Positions 1 to 9,559 of a stretch of 64,000 bases of DNA are shown in pieces (position 1 is the stretch's first letter; the number at the start of each line of letters is the position of its first letter). Position numbers and translations under genes: made by a program. The stretch comes from Corallochytrium limacisporum Hawaii (lineage: Eukaryota; Protista; Pluriformea): positions 124,001 to 188,000 of the forward strand of contig PDIP01000001.1 in assembly GCA_002811645.1 (NCBI GenBank). Direction: 5' to 3'. The notes under the pieces were generated by a model. It saw only the letters and a list, made by a program, of their open reading frames with translations. It made no database searches and was not told the DNA's origin.

Positions 1-1392
1 CACATGGGCTGTACTGGTTCGCTCCGTCTGCCGTTGGCCATACACACATTCACACATGCATGTGGACGACCGTTTCTGGTCATCTAATACACCGACCAGG
101 CCTTGTGGACCGGTGGGTTATGGTGATATGACTGATCGAAGTGATGGAACCACTACAAAGAGAGCGCTACCGACTCAACAGAGGAAACGGAAGAGGACAA
201 GGTCGGGGACGGCCGGTGTTGATGATGGTAATGATGATGATGCAGATGGGTGGGATGGAAGAGTGGGCGGATGTGTTGGAAGACTATACGACTGCATGCA
301 TTCGTGGAGCCGATGATGAAAGAGCTTTTTTCGCATCAGTAAGTACTGGCGGGATACACCGGAACTCCTGGGCAGTGAAAGGGGGGGGGCGGCGCTGTGG
401 ATGAGAAGATTGGCTTCCTAGTAGCCCTCGAGCCAAGGGTGGTGACGAATGCAAATCACACAGAGAACGAGGCGGTCGCACCTACAACAAACCATGTCGC
501 GCCGTGGGTGTTTGTCACCATTCAACAAGGAGCACAATTGGACCAAACATTCGGATCCTGGATGCCGCAGTGGTATTGGTGGGAGGACTCCAAGCGATGA
601 TGAGACTTTCGAGCTCGGCGAAGTAAAGATCAATAAGATCTGCGCTGGAGGATAAATACGTTTCGCAAGCTTGGTGCGTCTGGGTATATTTTACCAACAA
701 AATGCACGCAACCACCATGCACACCCCCTCCTCTGCGTTGCAGCGCCGTCGATTCTTCCAAGGCACTGATTCAAGTAGTGCTGCAGTCGGTGTGCGCAAC
801 GGTAACAGGAAACATACAATCTCCTTTTGTTGGTGTGGCATCATCCGCAATCATCGACAAGAGCACACAACGCACACATCATCATCGTCTGAACTATGTG
901 GGCAACTCTCCGGCGCAGCAAGTTTTGGCTTCCTCTGTCGAGGGTCCCACTGCTGGATCAGACGAGTAGGATTTTTTACTGGATGGTGCCCGTAATCAAA
1001 CTAGAGCAGCTTGCCCCTGCTATCTTAACTCTTAGGTACTCTACTGCATCGTTCGTGTGGCATGCTGCTGGCTCGTACAGACGTGATGTGGGAATGGTCA
1101 CTAGGATTCTCTTCCATGTGCAAAGGCAAAGAACAGAAGTGGGATCCGCTACCCTCCCCCGGCACTACCATCAGAGCATACCCAACTACCATCCAAAACA
1201 CACACGCACACCAAGCAAACTTTGCTGCTGCTAGCCCGTGGTCTCCTGCTGTTAACCAAGGTGATGGGTCCCAACGGTTCAGCATGTTCAGATGTTTCTA
1301 AAGCTACTTCAGCGCAGACTATGCGAGAGATCCCAATGCCCAGAACATATTCATCGTTCCACATGTGTTCTTTGGGAACAGCATCGGACTGC

Positions 1393-2130
1393 CTACCAAG
1401 ACCGCACGGCAGCGGTGGACCTCAGTCCAACAAAAGAATCCTTGATGTGCTCAGATAGAGCTATAAATACCCGGGGTTGGTGATAGAAAAGGGGGTGCCA
1501 ATGTAGTGCATTCATTAAGGGCTGTACCACCAGTCTTACCATCGTAGATTGATTTCCGTGTATTGTAACCGTGATGCTTCTTTTGGACCAATGGGTCGGC
1601 TGTGGGGAACTGGGGGGGTTCAATTTCAGTTGAATTTGATCACCGTACCAAATTTCATTCCCCTTAATGCTTTCTCTCATATCTTGGAGCACAATGGCAT
1701 CAGCATCCCTTTAAGCGCGGTGGATCAAAACCCGCCGTTTCGTCCGATATCGAAAGTGGCCGCGGATAGTGTGCCAGGTGTCTCGGTCCTGCAGTGACGA
1801 AATCAAAAGGGGGTCACGCTTCTTGACCTTTGATGCCCGTGCGAACTCATCAATTTCGACCAATAGTGTCAGCTGTGAAAAGCCACACTTGAAACAATAT
1901 CCATTTAGTGCGAGGGGTACTGCGTCCGGGTGGCTTTGTTCCTAGAACCCGATACCTCTGTCCACCGCAAGAATAAGAAGGAGAGGCAATGACGAGATCG
2001 GGGAGAACAGAAACACCAATAGAGCGCCGGAGATGTACAACCCTCTTGTTGGCCACAAGGCAGCCTTTTTTGGTTTGGTTCCCTGCCCGATTGTCTGTGT
2101 ATGAGCGCGCCATGCATGCCTATCCAACAA
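1393..2130 (-). pseudogene. Possible decayed ORF, unidentified, with an N-terminal hydrophobic segment
   Basis: One minus-strand frame runs about 246 codons with only two internal stops. It links ORF 1942..2130, an unlisted middle piece (...VEIDEFARASKVKKRDPLLISSLQDRDTWHTIRGHFRY...) and ORF 1393..1692. No family recognised. Confidence 0.25.
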
Positions 2131-2228
2131 TCATGCTAAGCCTGCGATGGCTCCAGACGCGTGATGATTTCAATGTCCCCTACCTCCCCACCACCACCTT
2201 TTTTGATGTTTGCTCGGGTCCCGGGATT

Positions 2229-2232
<4 letters not shown>

Positions 2233-2290
<58 letters not shown>
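2233..2290. repeat. (TG)29 microsatellite
   Basis: Perfect TG dinucleotide run read directly from the sequence. Confidence 0.98.
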
Positions 2291-2294
<4 letters not shown>

Positions 2295-3047
2295 TGGGTC
2301 TCGCTGAGAAGAAGACGCATTGACCCAAAACCCAAAACACCCCAGCTTCCCGGGGCCAGCCCCACGCTGAACCGTTGGGAGATTACCCGCCAATAGTACA
2401 CGAAAAGCGCGATACCCCCTTTCAAATGGATGGCACTACTCTGCCGACACCATTTGGAAGAAGACTTTACAAAGAATTTGTCCAGGCCAATAGACAAGGG
2501 ATGATGACCCTGACAAGAAAACATGCCTTAGATTTGGGCATAGTCGTGGAGATGGATACAATGCGTCTGTGCTGGACGTTGGCTGGTTTGGTCATAGAAA
2601 ATTTCCCATAGTTGGCGATCCCTTTTGCTGCCTTTGGTTAGCCACTGGGTCCAGGGCAGGCCACAAAAAAAATGCCTAAGAATTTCTATGCTCGTAGTAC
2701 TGAAGAGTGAGAAAGCCATTAATCTCCACTGCTGGCGAGAAGAGTTCTTAATATCCGGACATTTTTGAAATACCGAGAATTGAACAAATCAATATTGTCG
2801 GCAACGAAGAAGTACGTCGGTTCGAAGAGAGCCGATGCGATGTGTAGAAAGAGGGGAGGTTGGGCTGCTAGCGGCGAGCGTTTGGAGCTGGGCCATCGCC
2901 GCATCCCTCTTGCTTCAAAGCCCGCTAGAAGGACCACCTTTGGGAGTCAGACTCGTAAGCTTCTTGAAGATCTGGTTCGTGCAATAAGAACGAGTGTCTG
3001 AAGAGTCTTCTCTGTGAGTGTTCAATGCAACGCTTACCTTGACAGGG

Positions 3048-3715
3048 ATGTATGGGGTCGGAGAGGCCCAGGTAGTCTCCGACCTCTTCATCGGAAACAA
3101 GCGCCTGGCAGAAGCAACCGAGTTCCTGGAGCTCAACAAAATCCGGGTAATCGTTAGCCTTGGATCTTCCCTGGTCATACCAGAGAATAGACAGGACCAA
3201 ATCGAATACATCCAATGCAGCATACTGGACAAATCTGCAGCAAATATGCTGCAGGTAATTCACGACACCGTTCCGATCATTGATGCCCACCGGAGGGCAG
3301 GACGCGCGGTTCTGGTGCATTGGTAAGTAGCACTGGAGTAGGACAGCTATTCGGTTTCAGCATAAATGGACGTATTGTACTAACAGAGTCTGAGTTCCTT
3401 TGATTGATTGTGCACAGCTATGCGGGCAAGAGTCGATCAGCCGCCGTAGTGATGGCCTACCTTATGAGCCAGGGAATCGACAGGGAAGAGGCCTACCGAA
3501 TGACACGCAGAGCCCGTTTCTGCATTAGCCCGAATCCAGGATTCTGGGCACAGCTGGAACTATACGCAAAGTGGGACTGCAAGATTGATCTAGACTCCGA
3601 GCAGTACCAGGATTTTCTATTGCACACCTTGCCGACTTACCACAAAGACATGCCCGTACCTGTGGTTCCGTTTAAGGATCCCATCCGTTCCTCCAAGAAA
3701 GAAATTTTGCAATGA
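3048..3715 (+). CDS. Atypical dual-specificity protein phosphatase (DUSP12/Yvh1-like catalytic domain, no Zn finger); join(3048..3322,3418..3715), 190 aa
   Basis: Splicing restores the signature VLVHCYAGKSRSAAVVMAYLM. Also LFIGN and ISPNPGFWAQLELY. Spliced length is 573 nt, in frame. Confidence 0.92.
3323..3417 (+). other. 95-nt U2 spliceosomal intron (phase 2)
   Basis: GTAAGT donor at 3323, TACTAAC branch point at 3378-3384, CAG acceptor ending 3417. Removal makes TG+C, the catalytic Cys codon. Confidence 0.93.
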
Positions 3716-3772
3716 GCAATCCTTTTTGTTGGATCTGACTTTTATTTAGTAACATGGAATCATTTGCGCTTA

Positions 3773-6061
3773 TCAAACCTCTAAACTCTCCAAATCTTCC
3801 TGGCTTAGCAAAGGAGGGGGCAGGGCAGAGATGCCGAGCATGCGTTCGATCTCACTCTTGTCAGACATCAGACGCTGAACCATTGGTGCAATCTCCGACG
3901 CATTCTTTACGCCGAGCAGCAGTCGCAGGTGCTTCAGGACCTGATCGATGCTTGTGAAGGAGTTGTGGTAGGCTTGAAGGTGCTCTCGCATTTCATCAAC
4001 GTAGCCGTAGGCATGCTCGAGTTCATCTGCGAGGGTTGCGCAGGAGGGACACACGTCGTCGTCGTCGCTCTGGGTCCCCTTGTGGCAGCTCGGAGCCTTG
4101 ACCCCACTGTCCTTGGACTGCATCTTTTCACCATTGTCCAGTGAGGTCTCGAGTGCCAGGAGCTCTGCCTCTATACGCGGCTGGGACTTCATAAACTCAA
4201 TAGCCTCCAAAATCTCAAGCGGTTTGGCATTCGTTTCCAGGCCAACCTCGGCTGCGACATGGCGCAGAAAGTTACGGCCCTCCTGGACATTATTGATGGT
4301 GCTATTAACCGCGGCGGGAAGGCCATTGATGTCCTTGACTTTCAGAAGGTCCATGACGGTCGCCAGAATGTGGTATGCATGGTGTTCTGTTTTACGCTCA
4401 AGTACTGTCTGCGTGACTTTGGCCTTGACGGCCGAATCCTCGCGCTCCAAACTGGTGGCTCTAATGGCGTCCTTCAGGCATTGGATGATACCATCGTTGC
4501 TCATAAGCTTGCTAGACTGATCAACGTGTGCCTGCAAAGCACATTTTACTTCAGAATGGAACGCTTCAAGGGTCCTGACTTGCTCTTTTAGGCCCGGCAT
4601 GTTCTGCACGATCTTCTTGGCCCAGTCAAGTGTATCGGCAAGGGGAGCATTGTAGCCCAGGCCCTTGACGAAGGCGTCCACCTCCAGCGATTGCTTTGTC
4701 AGCCGATCGTGCTCGGTCTGCAGGCGTTGAACAGCCTCAACAATTTCTGGCACCTCTCCACGGTGTCCTGTAGCGGCGGCAATCTCCTTAAACCCGTTGA
4801 CGAGAACATCTTTGCCAACGGACTCGAGCTGGTACAAACGCAGGCGATAGTTCGTGTCCTTTACCACAGGCGAGGGTTGTATCTTCATCTTCGGTGTGCC
4901 TGATACGTTTTTCATGTTGCTGGATCGTGGCGTCGCGCTGATCTTTCCCCTGGATGATGTCAACTTAGCACCCTTCACCGGAGTACCAGCTACACTATCC
5001 AAACCCACGGCAAAGGAAGATTCGGATTTGGTCTGCTGGCGAAGGGTTTGCACCTCCTCCTGCACTCGACGCCAAGTGGCGAGGCTTGGAAGGGCCTTAA
5101 GTTTGGCCTTGAGAATTTCGTTCTCCTCGCGCAGGCCGTGGTACTTGGCCGGAGTGTCTTTGGTGGACGCTGCGGCCTGCGGTACGGGCCCATCCCTTCC
5201 AGCGATTCCACAGTTACAAGCACGGCTGCGATCATCAAGAATAGATTCGTACATAGCAATCACGTTGATGGTGGTTGTATCGTACCTCGCGCGTAAGTCA
5301 AAAGAACGGCCCGCGATCTGCTTAAAGGTACGGTGATGTTTCTGCTTGTCAGACTCAATGGACTTCACGAGCCGTCTGTTTTCTTCTTTCGCAGCTTTCA
5401 ATTGGGTCTGTAACTCACCCACCTTACGGGAATGGGCATCGTTTGTGGCCACACTGGAAGCATCTTTCCGTTTCAGTTCTTCCGTCATTGACGCAATTGT
5501 CTCCTGGGATTCCCTGCTGAGCTGACGCAAGGAGTCAATTTCCTCAGTCTTCAGCTGTAGTAGCTCCGTATGCTTGCGGTCCTTTTCCAGGAAGGTGGCT
5601 ATTTCATTCTTCAGCAACTGATTATCAGCGTCAGCTCGAGCCTTGAAAACCCTGATGGTTTCCACAATGCCATGCAATTCCTTAATATAGCTGATCAAAC
5701 GCTCACTGCCCATCCTGTCAAACAATAGAATGTCCTCGGACGCTCCTGGTACGGACAAGGGTTCTGCAAATACCAATTGCTCGTGTTCAGCTACACTTTT
5801 CAGTTCCATGTACATACTGGTAACGTCTTTCTCGGTAGTTGTTGGAGCTTCTGTAGCCAGAGCCTCAGTGTCTGCCGGAGCTACCCTCGCCGCTGCCTCA
5901 TCCAAAAGTGCAATACTCATAGTGGGCACGGCTTGATCCCCTGGAGACACTACTGGAGCATTCTTAGTCTCTGTGACAGCAAGAACTGATCGCTTTCCCG
6001 AAGCAACCGGAGTGTTGACCGCAGGGTCAACTTCGGTAATCCTGTCCATCGGTACCGGCAT
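3773..6061 (-). CDS. Coiled-coil protein, CEP70-like centrosomal/centriolar protein
   Basis: 762-aa ORF with long heptad coiled coils. C-terminal repeats HILATVMDLLKVKDINGLPAAVN and FTSIDQVLKHLRLLLGVKNASEIAPMVQRL resemble the CEP70 C-terminus as I recall it. Coding status is solid, family less so. Confidence 0.6.
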   Translation of the reverse strand: MPVPMDRITEVDPAVNTPVASGKRSVLAVTETKNAPVVSPGDQAVPTMSIALLDEAAARVAPADTEALATEAPTTTEKDVTSMYMELKSVAEHEQLVFAEPLSVPGASEDILLFDRMGSERLISYIKELHGIVETIRVFKARADADNQLLKNEIATFLEKDRKHTELLQLKTEEIDSLRQLSRESQETIASMTEELKRKDASSVATNDAHSRKVGELQTQLKAAKEENRRLVKSIESDKQKHHRTFKQIAGRSFDLRARYDTTTINVIAMYESILDDRSRACNCGIAGRDGPVPQAAASTKDTPAKYHGLREENEILKAKLKALPSLATWRRVQEEVQTLRQQTKSESSFAVGLDSVAGTPVKGAKLTSSRGKISATPRSSNMKNVSGTPKMKIQPSPVVKDTNYRLRLYQLESVGKDVLVNGFKEIAAATGHRGEVPEIVEAVQRLQTEHDRLTKQSLEVDAFVKGLGYNAPLADTLDWAKKIVQNMPGLKEQVRTLEAFHSEVKCALQAHVDQSSKLMSNDGIIQCLKDAIRATSLEREDSAVKAKVTQTVLERKTEHHAYHILATVMDLLKVKDINGLPAAVNSTINNVQEGRNFLRHVAAEVGLETNAKPLEILEAIEFMKSQPRIEAELLALETSLDNGEKMQSKDSGVKAPSCHKGTQSDDDDVCPSCATLADELEHAYGYVDEMREHLQAYHNSFTSIDQVLKHLRLLLGVKNASEIAPMVQRLMSDKSEIERMLGISALPPPLLSQEDLESLEV

Positions 6062-6961
6062 GATTCTAGATTCCCTTTCGTAATTGTTCGGGTCCTAGGT
6101 TCCAGGACTTGTAAGGTGGAGTGAGGCGGAGAAACAGGTCTGTAACCGACAGACTCTGAGTAACTTTATAGTTTGAATGCAAACAAGTCATACGGATCAA
6201 AATAGAGACTCCCGCGGAACTCTTGTATTGAACACGGAGCAACCCTACACACAGTGATTGCCTGGGCTCCTGTTTGCATGTCTATGTGGCTCTGCCTGGG
6301 TCCTTGGGCGGGTTCGAATTGATCTAAACTTTTCGCTCCATAAACTTGCGGCCCCCTGCCCGCTTTCGCGCCTCCACTTCAGTTCCGCGGTTCGAAACCG
6401 GACCCCCGGCTTGATTCGCACCAGAGAAAATTGCAATGGATTATGTACTAAGACATTGGTACAATTTTCTGTGATTCAACCCGTTCTCGATGGTACATAA
6501 AGTATAGGGTCTGTAAAATATCCATTCCGCCCAAGCGGTTTGTGTGGAAAGTGAAGCGGAACGGGGGGCAGGGTCTCTCGCACGGCAACCCAAGGACAGC
6601 GGCCAGGGCCCCACGGGGAAAGGGGGAAAGCTTGAGGTGAGACTCTGGACCCTTTAGTGCAAGACGTTCAAACTCAAACGTGACACTCTTACCGCTTTTC
6701 ATGGTACAAGTAGGAATCTGTTTGCTCAACCAGGACAAGTTCAGTGGTGAGGATCTGGGCATTTTTAACCTGGACAAATCTACCGAAGGCTGACATGGTT
6801 GATCAATCTGCAGCGTCAGAACAAGCAGGGTTTCATCGAGAACATTTTCGGCACGAGCAAGGAGGACCGGGGCTTTACGCTTTCATAGCAAACTGAAGAT
6901 GTCAGTATAGTATACATGTATAATAATGATGTCACTTTGCAAACGGAAACCTTTTGTTTTC

Positions 6962-8854
6962 TCACTCCTTCACAGAACCCCAACTATCCTCAAAGGTGAT
7001 CGAGCTCATGGATGAGTTACTGTGACCTAAGAACACAGGTTGAATGCGGCGCTTTTTAGCCTGTGGACAGATTGGTGTCGTGTCTGTGGTGGCTTGCTCA
7101 CCAATAGGTGGACTACAGTGTGACGCAGCACTCGTTGCGTTCTTCAGGGGCGACGAGTAGATAAGCTGGGGCGTGATCCTGCGTCGGTGTCTCTTGCGGT
7201 CATCCTGACTGGACATCGAGCCCGCAGTACCGGCACAGGGAGATGCACCCAAGGCTTCCACTTTGGATGCCATTGCTGTTGGTGAGGCAGGCGACAAGAA
7301 AGCCGTCATTTTCTGCTCACGGTACTTGATTCTTGACGTCGGCGTAAACTGCTTCAGGGGAGACAGTTGGGCCACTTTCTCCTTCAGTTTGCTTGCTCCA
7401 GGATTCCTGATCTTGGCTGCGCTCTGGGGTCTTCGGGTGAACGGCGTCAGAGCAGAGTCCCAGGCCTTCTGGCCATTGATTCCGCGCTCGTACGGTGATG
7501 TGCTATTCAACAAGCACTTCACTCGCGAAGACAAGGGGGAAGCGCTCGGTACACGGAATTCCTTGGCTTCACGAGTGGGACCCTCTTGCCACCTGCTCCG
7601 GGCTTCTGTCAGACACGTGCCATCAATGAAGAACATATTGAGGCTCGTAGCAATGGCTGCCTGTGTCGGCAGCGTTGCAAAGTTAACAAACGGCTCGTCT
7701 TCATTTACTGTAGAGCCTTTGCGTAACCGAGGCACGACATCAGCTGACCATGCCACATCATGGTAACCCCCAAATTCTTGCGTCGTGTCACCCATCAACT
7801 TACAAGGGTCTTGGATCAAGCAAGGGGCGATCCACGGTCGCTGAAATGCTGTTAAATGGTCTCTTGGGCTAACGTTCCACATTCTCTGTCCTTCTGGACC
7901 CACCATGTAGACCCAGTCACCTCTGGAGCTGAAGTGTGCGCGAGTGTAAGGTCCTTCAGCGAGTTCGGTTTTCAAAAGGAACTGCGGTCCTCGATCTGGG
8001 TACAGTGCGTCATATAGCCGCACATGTCCGTCAAGACCCACAGCCAGGAACCTCGATCCGTCCCTCGCGCTTTCCAAATATGAGAACCCACGCATCCTGC
8101 CGGAAGTGTGTTCGCGACTGACAGTTAGTGGTGTGGATCCACAGAGTCCCATTGTCCTCAGATCCCAAACACGAACTTCCTTGTTGCCGCAGCCAGCAGA
8201 GGCAATTAATGTGCTCGTCCCAAGGAAGGAGGCACCCACGACTGACGCCGGCGGCTTTCCCTGAGCATCTGTGTGTGCATTGGGCACAGAGCGTACCACT
8301 CGGGCTTCGGGTGAAAGTCTTGTGTCTGTCACTGTAAGGTAGCCACAACGTGAACCGGAGACAAGCACATTGGGCATACCCGCACTAAAATTGACACACC
8401 GGACGGAGGAGACAGAGACTTCCCATTCTTGCGCTGGTTCTGGAGTCCCATTCAGGCGCCCATGGTAGTCATCCAGGAAGATTTTGCCTGCAGCCCCGGC
8501 AGTGGCCACTGTACCGGGATGGAAGGGATCAAAGGCAATGTCAAAGAGCGCGTTGTCATAGTTCTGCCAACTACAGGAGTGATATCCCTCAGTCATAGGC
8601 CCAGCACTGTGGCCCGGGATCTTCCGGAAAACCACTCTCCCATCGTCGTCAATGGATCCCAGCAAATCGTTCTCATTTGTATGCGGACTGTATCTAAGGG
8701 CACAGACGGGTGCAGTCGTGCACTCTTGCCACGACATGCCTCCCTCTGGTAGCCGATCTGCGGTGAATCCCTGGACCACCGTATTCTGTGGCATGTGTCC
8801 GTGTCTTTCACGGGCCATAAGGTGGGCCCAAAAGCTGTTTGAAACACCTACCAT
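6962..8854 (-). CDS. DTL: WD40 DCAF protein Cdt2/denticleless (CRL4 substrate receptor)
   Basis: NALFDIAF, SVRCVNFS..NVLVSGSRCG..TDTR, AH and LIASAG..VRVWDLR repeats in CDT2 order. S/T-P-rich tail with PIP-like EQKMTAFL. First ATG at 8854. Confidence 0.8.
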   Translation of the reverse strand: MVGVSNSFWAHLMARERHGHMPQNTVVQGFTADRLPEGGMSWQECTTAPVCALRYSPHTNENDLLGSIDDDGRVVFRKIPGHSAGPMTEGYHSCSWQNYDNALFDIAFDPFHPGTVATAGAAGKIFLDDYHGRLNGTPEPAQEWEVSVSSVRCVNFSAGMPNVLVSGSRCGYLTVTDTRLSPEARVVRSVPNAHTDAQGKPPASVVGASFLGTSTLIASAGCGNKEVRVWDLRTMGLCGSTPLTVSREHTSGRMRGFSYLESARDGSRFLAVGLDGHVRLYDALYPDRGPQFLLKTELAEGPYTRAHFSSRGDWVYMVGPEGQRMWNVSPRDHLTAFQRPWIAPCLIQDPCKLMGDTTQEFGGYHDVAWSADVVPRLRKGSTVNEDEPFVNFATLPTQAAIATSLNMFFIDGTCLTEARSRWQEGPTREAKEFRVPSASPLSSRVKCLLNSTSPYERGINGQKAWDSALTPFTRRPQSAAKIRNPGASKLKEKVAQLSPLKQFTPTSRIKYREQKMTAFLSPASPTAMASKVEALGASPCAGTAGSMSSQDDRKRHRRRITPQLIYSSPLKNATSAASHCSPPIGEQATTDTTPICPQAKKRRIQPVFLGHSNSSMSSITFEDSWGSVKE

Positions 8855-9045
8855 TGTAAAGTTTCGGGCCTGATGACGCACTCTATTTGTGTCCTTTTAG
8901 TTGATCATTTTCACACTCACTTTTCACTGAAATACAGCAGCGCGTCTGCTCTTATAACTTGCCGGTCAAACCATCATCATCCATGTCCATAAAATATCTG
9001 TGACACTGATATAATGCCCACTCACAACCCTTAGTACGTGCTCCA

Positions 9046-9204
9046 AGCCAATCAGAGCACTTTGCAACAGACTCAAATTTTGAACTCCTGTCCACAGTTA
9101 GCACAGAAAGCGAATTGTGACCTTGCCCATGGGCTGGAGAAAGGGGAGGAGGGAAGGTTCTCCGCACCACGGCAGGAGTGTCCCCCCTTCAAACTTTTCG
9201 CGCC
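9046..9204 (-). promoter_or_regulatory. CCAAT, CHR-like and E2F-like motif cluster in the CDT2/SF3B3 divergent promoter
   Basis: AGCCAATCAG at 9046-9055; TTTGAA at 9079-9084; minus-strand GGCGCGAAAAGTTTGAA at 9188-9204. Confidence 0.55.
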
Positions 9205-9559
9205 TGTGGAGGGGTCGAATTTCTTCCGGACGCACCCCGACCGACGGCAAGTGCGTGGGGCGTTGGTTGGTTGGGACAGTGAGGGCTGCGAGACCGGTCT
9301 CCCACCGATTATCGTGTGGGGTTCGCTGATTGCGGAACGCATTCCATTCAAACCGGTGCGCAACAGTGACAATAATGGTAATAGCACCATCTCCATAATG
9401 GAAATGTATTTCAGTGTTGCGATCATAGTATGCAGGTGTACATAACGGTGCAATGGTACGAGATTTCCAATCCACAAGCCTGAGAACCGTGCATGGAAGC
9501 AAGATCCAACCTTAACCAACCATGACGTGAATGACAGCGCCTAGACATGGGGACGAACC

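Noticed and set aside
3014-3045. Apparent 31-35-nt GT..AG mini-introns just upstream of DUSP, CHMP5, MetRS, MTMR and myosin V
   Set aside because: The count of donor-like hexamers is about what chance predicts over 27 leaders, and branch points are weak. Needs RNA evidence.
6306-6402. GGTTCGAA motifs as tRNA T-loops or Pol III B-boxes
   Set aside because: No 5-bp T-stem or cloverleaf can be built.
9509-9517. CCTTAAC as a U12 branch point upstream of SF3B3
   Set aside because: No RTATCCT donor upstream.
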